This document shows, piece by piece, positions 45,080 through 47,454 of a DNA stretch of 47,454 nt. How positions within the stretch are numbered: the stretch's first letter is position 1; the number at the start of each line of letters is the position of its first letter. The notes under the pieces are model-generated. The model was not told the origin of the DNA and made no database searches. It saw only the letters and a program-made list of their open reading frames with translations. Position numbers and translations under genes: made by a program. Source of the stretch: PVC group bacterium (GTDB lineage: Bacteria > Auribacterota > Erginobacteria > Erginobacterales > Erginobacteraceae); assembly GCA_043804695.1 (NCBI GenBank), contig JAZDIV010000087.1:1-47454 (forward strand), read 5' to 3'.

Positions 45080-46950
45080 ACTCGACAGGCTTTCTCCACC
45101 CGTTCGGCCACCGCTTCGGGGGTCAGCCCGCAGTCCTCCCGCAGCCGCTGGATCGGGCCGTGTTCGATAAACTGATCGGGAAGGCCGATCCGGAGCCGGA
45201 CGGCCTCGCCCAGGTTTTCCTCCTCCAGACACTCCCAGACCGCGGTGCCGAACCCGCCGGCCAGGGTGTCCTCGGAGATGGTCACGATCTTCTTCCCATC
45301 CCGGGCGTCCCGGACCAGCCGCTCCTGATCGATCGGCTTGATGAAGCGGGCGTTGACCACGCCGAAATGGAGGCCGCGCCCGCGGAGCAGATCGGCGGCC
45401 CGCCCGGCAATGCCGACCATCTCGCCGATTGCCCAGAAAACGCCGTCGCGGCCCTCCCGGACGGTTTCCCCCCGCCCCGGGGAAATCGCCGGGAACGGGC
45501 TCTCCAGTTTCTCCAGCCCGGTCTCCCCCCGGGGATACCGGAGGACCGAGGGGCCGTCATGGGCAATCGCGGCCGCCAGCATCCCCGCCAGTTCCCGGCC
45601 GTCTTTCGGCTGCATGATGACAAGATTGGGGATGATCCGCAGGAAGGCGGGGTCAAAGACGCCGTGATGGGTGGGGCCGTCCTCCCCGACCAGCCCGGCC
45701 CGGTCGACCGCCATCACCACCGGCAGGTTTTGCAGGCAGATGTCGTGGATGATCTGGTCAAACCCCCTTTGCAGAAAGGTGGAATAGATGGCCGCCACCG
45801 GCTTCAATCCCCGGACCGCCAGCCCGGCCGCGAAGGTCAGGGCGTGGCCTTCCGCGATCCCCACGTCATAGAAACGGTCCGGGAAACGCCGGGAAAACGG
45901 GACCAGGCCGGTCCCCGAGGTCATCGCCGCGGTAATCGCCACTATCTTCCGGTTGTTCTCGGCCAGAGAAACCAGCGCCTCTCCGAAGACCCGGGAATAG
46001 GAGAGCGTCGGCTTTTTCCCCGTGGCCCGGCCGGTCCTGATATCAAAGGCGCCCGGACCATGAAAGGCCTCCGGGTTTTTCTCGGCCGGGGGGTAGCCTT
46101 TTCCTTTCTTGGTCAGGACGTGCAGGAGAACCGGATCGTCGATGTGCTTGATGTTGGTGAAAATCCTGACCAGGGATTCCAGATCGTGCCCGTTAACCGG
46201 CCCGAAGTACCGGTAGCCGAAGTCTTCAAAAATGCCGCCCGGGGTGATCAGATGCTTCAGAACGTCCTCCAGCCGGTGGGAAGCGTCCACCATCCGCAGC
46301 CCAATCGAAGGGATCTTCTGCATCGCCTGCTCGATCTCCTGCTTCAGGCGGTTGTATGCCGGCGCCGAGATCAGCCGGTTCAGGTAGCGGGCCATCTGCC
46401 CCACGCTGGGAGAGATGGCCATCTCGTTGGCATTCAAGACCACCATGATGTTCCGGGCGACATCCGCTCCCTGGTTGAGGGCTTCCAGGGCCAGTCCGCC
46501 GGTAAGGGAGCCGTCGCCGATGCAGGCGATTATTTTCCCCGAATCCCCCTGCTTGTCCCGGGCGACGGCCATCCCCAGCATGGCCGAAAGGGACGTGCTG
46601 GCGTGCCCCGTTCCGAAAAAATCGTAGGGGCTTTCGCTGATCTTCGGGAACCCGCTCAGGCCGCCGTACTGCCGGAGCGTGTAAAAATCCTCCCGCCGCC
46701 CGGTCAGGAGCTTGTGAGCGTAGGCCTGGTGGCCGACATCCCAGATCACCTTGTCGTCGGGAAGATCGAAAACGTAATACATGGCCAGGGTGAGCTCAAC
46801 CACGCCGAGACTGGAGGCCAGGTGTCCTCCGGTCCGGGAAACAACCCGGATGATCTCCCTGCGGACCTCGTCCGCCAGAAGATGCAGTTCGGCCAGGGTG
46901 AGCTTCTTTAGGTCGGCCGGGGCATTTATCCGTTTCAGATATTCAGCCAA
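45076..46950 (-). CDS. dxs: 1-deoxy-D-xylulose-5-phosphate synthase
   Basis: GGHLASSLG, WDVGHQAY, GHASTS, GDG, IAEGH, YSTFLQR and DRAG...DGPTHHG; likely TTG start at 46950. Confidence 0.97.
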   Translation of the reverse strand: MAEYLKRINAPADLKKLTLAELHLLADEVRREIIRVVSRTGGHLASSLGVVELTLAMYYVFDLPDDKVIWDVGHQAYAHKLLTGRREDFYTLRQYGGLSGFPKISESPYDFFGTGHASTSLSAMLGMAVARDKQGDSGKIIACIGDGSLTGGLALEALNQGADVARNIMVVLNANEMAISPSVGQMARYLNRLISAPAYNRLKQEIEQAMQKIPSIGLRMVDASHRLEDVLKHLITPGGIFEDFGYRYFGPVNGHDLESLVRIFTNIKHIDDPVLLHVLTKKGKGYPPAEKNPEAFHGPGAFDIRTGRATGKKPTLSYSRVFGEALVSLAENNRKIVAITAAMTSGTGLVPFSRRFPDRFYDVGIAEGHALTFAAGLAVRGLKPVAAIYSTFLQRGFDQIIHDICLQNLPVVMAVDRAGLVGEDGPTHHGVFDPAFLRIIPNLVIMQPKDGRELAGMLAAAIAHDGPSVLRYPRGETGLEKLESPFPAISPGRGETVREGRDGVFWAIGEMVGIAGRAADLLRGRGLHFGVVNARFIKPIDQERLVRDARDGKKIVTISEDTLAGGFGTAVWECLEEENLGEAVRLRIGLPDQFIEHGPIQRLREDCGLTPEAVAERVEKACRV

Positions 46951-47218
46951 GAGGCAGTTCCTCTTCCCGGCCGTCATCGCCGGGAGCCGGCTCGCCGTTA
47001 CCGGCAAACGGTTCGGTCTCCGGTTCCGGGCCGTCCGTTTTTTTCAAAAGCTCAATTTTGCTCTCCGCCTGGTTCAGCTTCTCCAGGCAGAGCCGGGCCA
47101 GCCGCGTCCCTTCCTCGTACTTCTCCAGGCTTTTCTCCAGCGGGAGTTCTTCCTCCTCCATCTCCTCGACCAGTTTTTCCAGACGCTGAAGAGCCTGATC
47201 AAACTTAATCTCGGCCAT
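46943..47218 (-). CDS. xseB: Exodeoxyribonuclease VII small subunit
   Basis: FDQALQRLEKLVEEME...LPLEKSLEKYEEG...LNQAE; RBS aagga. Confidence 0.93.
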   Translation of the reverse strand: MAEIKFDQALQRLEKLVEEMEEEELPLEKSLEKYEEGTRLARLCLEKLNQAESKIELLKKTDGPEPETEPFAGNGEPAPGDDGREEELPLG

Positions 47219-47267
47219 GATGCATTCCTTTAAGTAACCGGACACGTCATGCTATAGCTTAATCGAA

Positions 47268-47454
47268 AAGCTCGTAAGCTCTAAAATTCTAATATCTTCA
47301 GCCAAAGGCTGATCCGCCTCTGGCGGAAAATACGAAATCCTAAATAATATCAAATGACCAAAATCACAAATTCAAAACAATTTCGCCAAGCATCGCGATC
47401 TTTGGATATTTGGTCATTTGGATTTTGGATTTATTTAGGATTTCGATATTAGGA
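47268..47454. repeat. Second copy (inverted, cut by the window edge) of the 3609-3808 element, carrying a 30-bp double-hairpin insert
   Basis: Reverse complement reads tcctaatatcgaaatcctaaataaatccaaaatccaaatgaccaaat...gatattagaattttagagcttacgag. Confidence 0.8.

Noticed and set aside
45067..46911. 614-aa plus-strand ORF (also 39128-40354 and 41649-42749)
   Set aside because: Antisense shadows of dxs, gltX and the oxidoreductase alpha subunit.

Overview
A GC-rich bacterial chromosomal segment of core housekeeping genes with AT-rich intergenic spaces crowded with repeats. Lineage is inferred as possibly PVC-related, from the Chlamydia/spirochaete-type V-ATPase order and the ftsH-folP-cdaA-cdaR-pdxJ run. 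Left arm (minus strand): recQ (truncated by the window edge), a stand-alone MORC-like GHKL ATPase, and an HTH + transmembrane + coiled-coil protein. A divergent region follows with an array of eight GGACA motifs, a perfect parS, REP-like repeats, a frameshifted 3' remnant of parA and an intact parB. Next come a probably Na+-coupled V/A-ATPase operon (E, DUF2764, A, B, D, I, K), two GT-C glycosyltransferases around rnr, several small enzymes including a queuosine-salvage hydrolase, and tilS-ftsH-folP-cdaA-cdaR-pdxJ. The right end is a minus-strand block: xseB-dxs-tlyA-nadK, a four-subunit 2-oxoacid:ferredoxin oxidoreductase, gltX-pgsA, der, add, queD and an MBL hydrolase. No rRNA, tRNA, CRISPR array or transposase was seen. 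Three observations stand out. (1) A ~120-130 bp element occurs six times, always pointing into a downstream gene; it carries a conserved TTGGCT-N17-19-TAnnnT promoter signature and covarying hairpins, making it a candidate mobile promoter/leader. (2) Many hairpins close C-GNA-G triloops and contain tandem GA mismatches (an ssDNA-type design); they nest inside each other and supply start regions and stop codons to core genes. (3) At the parS/parB locus, parA has decayed next to a membrane-anchored DNA-binding protein with its own upstream repeat array. Functional interpretations are inferences; no database searches were run.
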